Shown here piece after piece: positions 60,336 to 64,000 of a DNA stretch of 64,000 bases. The translations under genes were made by a program, and so were the position numbers. This DNA is from Mobula hypostoma (Eukaryota): the NCBI RefSeq assembly GCF_963921235.1, contig NC_086104.1:45570001-45634000 (forward strand), written 5' to 3'. The notes under the pieces were generated by a model, which had not been told where the DNA came from, searched no databases, and saw nothing but the letters and a program-made list of their open reading frames with translations. Numbering within the stretch: position 1 is the stretch's first letter; every line of letters starts with the position of its first letter.

Positions 60336-60350
60336 GCTAGGCCACACTTA

Positions 60351-61294
60351 GAAACAAGAGAAAATCTGCAGATGCTGGAAATCCGAGCAACACACAAAAA
60401 AATTGCTGGGGGGACTCAACGGGTCAGGCAGCATCAGTGGAAAAAAAGGTACAGCTGATGTTTTGGGCCGATGTTTTCTCCAGCAGTACTGGAGAAAATA
60501 AGCTGAGGAGTAGATTTCAAAGGTGGGGGGAGGGGAGAGAGAATCACCAGGTGATAGGTGAAACTTGGAGGGGGAGGGATGAAGTAAAGAGCTGAAGAGC
60601 TGCCCCTATACCTCCTCCCTCACTACCATTGAGGGCCCTAAAGAGTCCTTCCAGGTAAGGCAACACTTCACCTGTGAGTCTGTTGGGGTTATATACTGTG
60701 TACGGTGCTCCCGATGCATATCGGTGAGGCCCGACATAGATTGAGAGACCACTTCACCGAGCATCTATGCTCCGTTGGCCAGAAAAAGTGGGATCTCCCA
60801 GTAGCCACCCATTTTAATTCCACTTCCCATTCCCATTCTGACATGTCCATGCACGGCCTCCTCCACTGTCATGATGAGGCCACACTTTGGTTGGAGGAAC
60901 AACGTCTTATATTCCGTTTGGTAGCCTCCAACCTGATGGCATGAACCTCAATTTCTCAAACTTCTGGTAATACCTCCCATCTCTCCATCCCCTTTTCCCG
61001 CCCTCACCTTATCTCCTTGCTTGCCTATCGCTTCCTCTGGTGCTCCTCCCCACTTTTCTTTCTTCCATGGCCTTCTGTCTCTTTCACCCTTTCCAGATCT
61101 TTACTTCATCTCTCCCGCTCCAAGTTTCGTCTGTCACCTGATGTATCTCTCTCCCCTCCCCCCACCTTTTAAATTGACTCCTGAGCTTTTTTTCTCCAGT
61201 CCTGTCAGAGGGTCTCGGCCCAAAACATCGGTTGTACTTTTTTCCAAAAGATGCTGCCTGGCCTGCTGAGTTCCTCCGGCATTTTTTGTGTGTT
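60351..61294 (+). mobile_element. PLE fold-back element (inverted pLTR + GIY-YIG + pLTR)
   Basis: 11-bp TSD ggccacactta / ggccacattta; IGEARHRLRDHFTEHL; degenerate hammerhead at about 61197-61235. Confidence 0.9.
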
Positions 61295-63069
61295 GGCCAC
61301 ATTTACATTTACTTTTCACAGCAACTATTGCATTTTTAACTACATACTTCCTAAAAAAAAATTCCATAGCTGCAGGTCCTGTTTACTAGTTAGTATAATC
61401 AATCAAAACATTCCCGAATGTCATCTATGTAAGAACACTTTGCTGCCATTCATGATTGCATTTTGGAAATTACTCCATTCCTTTTTGAATATTACCTTTG
61501 GAGTTTTAGTACTGAACTACCAGTTTCACAACTTGGATCACAAATAACAGAGTTTTTTAAAACCCTCTAATATTTTTACAGATGTATTTTTTTAGTTTCA
61601 TGCATTTTTTTCTTAATTTTTTTTTGGTCTCCTCAAACAGGGCACTTCATCATTAGTTTTAGTTCTTTCTGAGTCCCTATTTGCAGTCGGTAGGTAGATT
61701 TCCATTTGTAAATGCGGTATTCAATTGCAGGCATGAGTCAAATACTTACTCCCAGTCTCACGGATATGGGGTGGTACGGTAGTATGGTAGTCCAGCATCA
61801 CACTATTACGGCACCAGTGATCTGGGTTCAATTCTGCCTTTGTAAAGTGTTTGTATCTTTCATCCATTCCAAAGATGTATAGGTTAATAGGTGACATGGG
61901 TGTAATTGGGCAGCACAGGCTCATGAGACCAGAAGGGCCTGTTACTGTGCTGAATCTCTAATGTATGATGTTTTTATACTGTAAACACTGCCTTGACATC
62001 ATGTATTACTTCAGATCAACTATGGCTGAGTTATATTGCTAGATGCTTATGGTACAGCTTAAATAGATCTATAGCAAGGAAATGATATGTATTCCTGAAA
62101 CTTGATTCCTTTTATTAACAGTAAAATATAAAGATCACTTTTGATGACTTAGTATTTTTATAACATCAAGTTTAGGAAGACAACTTGCATCAATAACGGG
62201 TGGCCGCAAAAGGCATAAATGTAATAACTAATAAATCAGGAAAAATTAAAACAAACATGTTTATTGAATGATAAGTTAGAATTTAGAATCTATCACATAT
62301 AATAAATGAAGTAAATAATTAGATTTTGTACATTTCAGTGTTTATTTTTGTAATAGTATTTGAGGCTGTTTGACACATCATGTCTATGCCTGCTATCAGA
62401 GAATCCCCATCAATCCCGTTCCTCATTTATTTCACTGGGATCTATTCTCTCTTATATGATCAACCATAATCCCTGAATCACCTGCGGCTCACACTGAGGG
62501 CAATTCACAGCAGCCAGTTAATCTGCCACCATCTCTTTGGGATTTAGAGAAAAAATGATTACCTGGGGGAAATTCACACAATCAAAGGAGAAGCATACAG
62601 ACTCCACATAGGGAGCAATGGAGGGTGGCCTTCAATCCAAGTGACATTTACGGTGTAGCTGGATCAATACATTAGGAAGGTACATTTGGATTAGGATTTA
62701 TTGAGCCTCATGTGGAAAGTAAATTCTGAAACCATTTAAGTTTAAATAGCTTGTTCCAATGATTAAAGTCTACTTGATCGAATGAAATCTTAATTTCTAT
62801 GGAATTATCTGTCATAGTCAGATAGCATAGATAGAGGCCATTTGGCCCATGACCTCCATGCTGACCTTTCTTCCCACATATACTCATGCCATTTGTCTGC
62901 ATTAGGTCTGTATCCTTACATAATTTGCATTTTTAAGTGTCTGCCAAAATTCTTTGCCTCATGACTTCAACACCTCTATTTCTGTGAGAATATTAATACA
63001 AATGGGCAAGAGCTACCCAAAACTGTACTGAATGTCCCCAAAACCATGGAGATGTGTATCGACTTCTGG

Positions 63070-63720
63070 AGACATGTGTCTCCTCTCCACGCACTCATCT
63101 TTAACAACTTTGATGTTAGCACCGGTTCCACATTCAGGTTCCCAGGCATCATTACTTCACAGGACCTCAGGTACGAGAAACATGTATCTTTCATTCACAT
63201 AAAGGCTTAGCAGAGGGTGTACTTCAAGTAGCAGTAGATAAAATTCCATTCTTCCCCAGAATATAATGGTGTAATTCTAAACTGCCATCATAGAAATCCT
63301 TCTCACCTCAGCTATTCCTGTCTGGTTTGATGCAGCATCTTCTCACAATACTTGTAAACTACAGCAAACAATCAGGTCAGCTGAAAAGGTCATTGGCTCC
63401 TGTCTACCATTACTGCAGGACTTGTATGCGTCAAGGTCAAAGAAGCAGGCTGAAATATCATTGCAGACACTACCCATCCAGCAAACTACCTTTTCTAAAA
63501 GCCCCCTTCTGGAAAGTGATAGGGGGCTATTAAAACAAAAAATTCACGCCATCTTAAAAGTTTCTTCCCAGGGCAGTTGGTCTGACCAACCATTCTACTT
63601 CACTACCTCCGTCACCCTCTATCTAATAACTCAGTCATTGAACTGTAACCCCTTTAAACCATTTTTATAATGCTGTTTACATTGTAAATCCATGATAGGA
63701 TTTATGTATTTATGCACATT
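63070..63720 (+). mobile_element. Rex1/L2-like LINE 3' remnant
   Basis: ttcaggttcccaggcatc (FLG-like), aaaggcttagcagagggtgtacttc (KAQQR-like), actgccatcatagaaatcct (TAIIESIL-like). Confidence 0.7.
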
Positions 63721-64000
63721 TAATTCTATATGGACAAAGTGTTGGGATGGACTCTAGATCATGGTCTCTGGCGGCTTTGCTATTGCTTGCATGGTGGGTG
63801 GTGGGAAGTTGATGCTTTTGCTGTTGCCTGTGTGTGGGAGGAAGGAAGGAGGCTTTGGGCTTCTAACAACCTCTGTCATTCACTCTTTGGATTTTTTTCT
63901 GTTTTGTGGAAGTCTGTGAAGAGTAAGAATTTCAGGTTGTATACAGTATAAATTCTTTGATATTAAATTGAATTATTGAACTATATCCATACTTTAACTT

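Noticed and set aside
1-64000. CRISPR array, prokaryotic operon, retron or defence system
   Set aside because: No regularly spaced repeat-spacer array or gene-dense organisation; all RTs are eukaryotic non-LTR or PLE types.

Overview
Repeat-dense, AT-rich eukaryotic DNA with no host protein-coding gene that I can identify. The repeat mix suggests a cartilaginous fish such as a ray (inference only). It contains CR1 LINEs with (TTTCTATG)n-type tails, Rex1/Babar-like LINEs, a decayed L1, a HERO-like restriction-endonuclease LINE fragment, Neptune-type Penelope-like elements (PLEs), Charlie/Buster hAT elements and tRNA-derived SINEs. Almost all ORFs in the track are retroelement fragments or their antisense shadows. 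Two signals stand out. (1) A young CR1 (21436-25194) has a U_UUA_AAC slippery heptamer in phase directly before the ORF1 stop, followed by a G-rich tract. ORF2 lies in the -1 frame with no AUG for 210 codons, which suggests virus-like programmed -1 frameshifting in a LINE. (2) About ten PLE-derived insertions carry minimal hammerhead ribozyme motifs. Several are short non-coding, TSD-flanked fold-backs whose breakpoints fall on the ribozyme. Boundaries of old, decayed repeats are approximate (about +/-30 nt), and family names come from motif recognition, not database searches.
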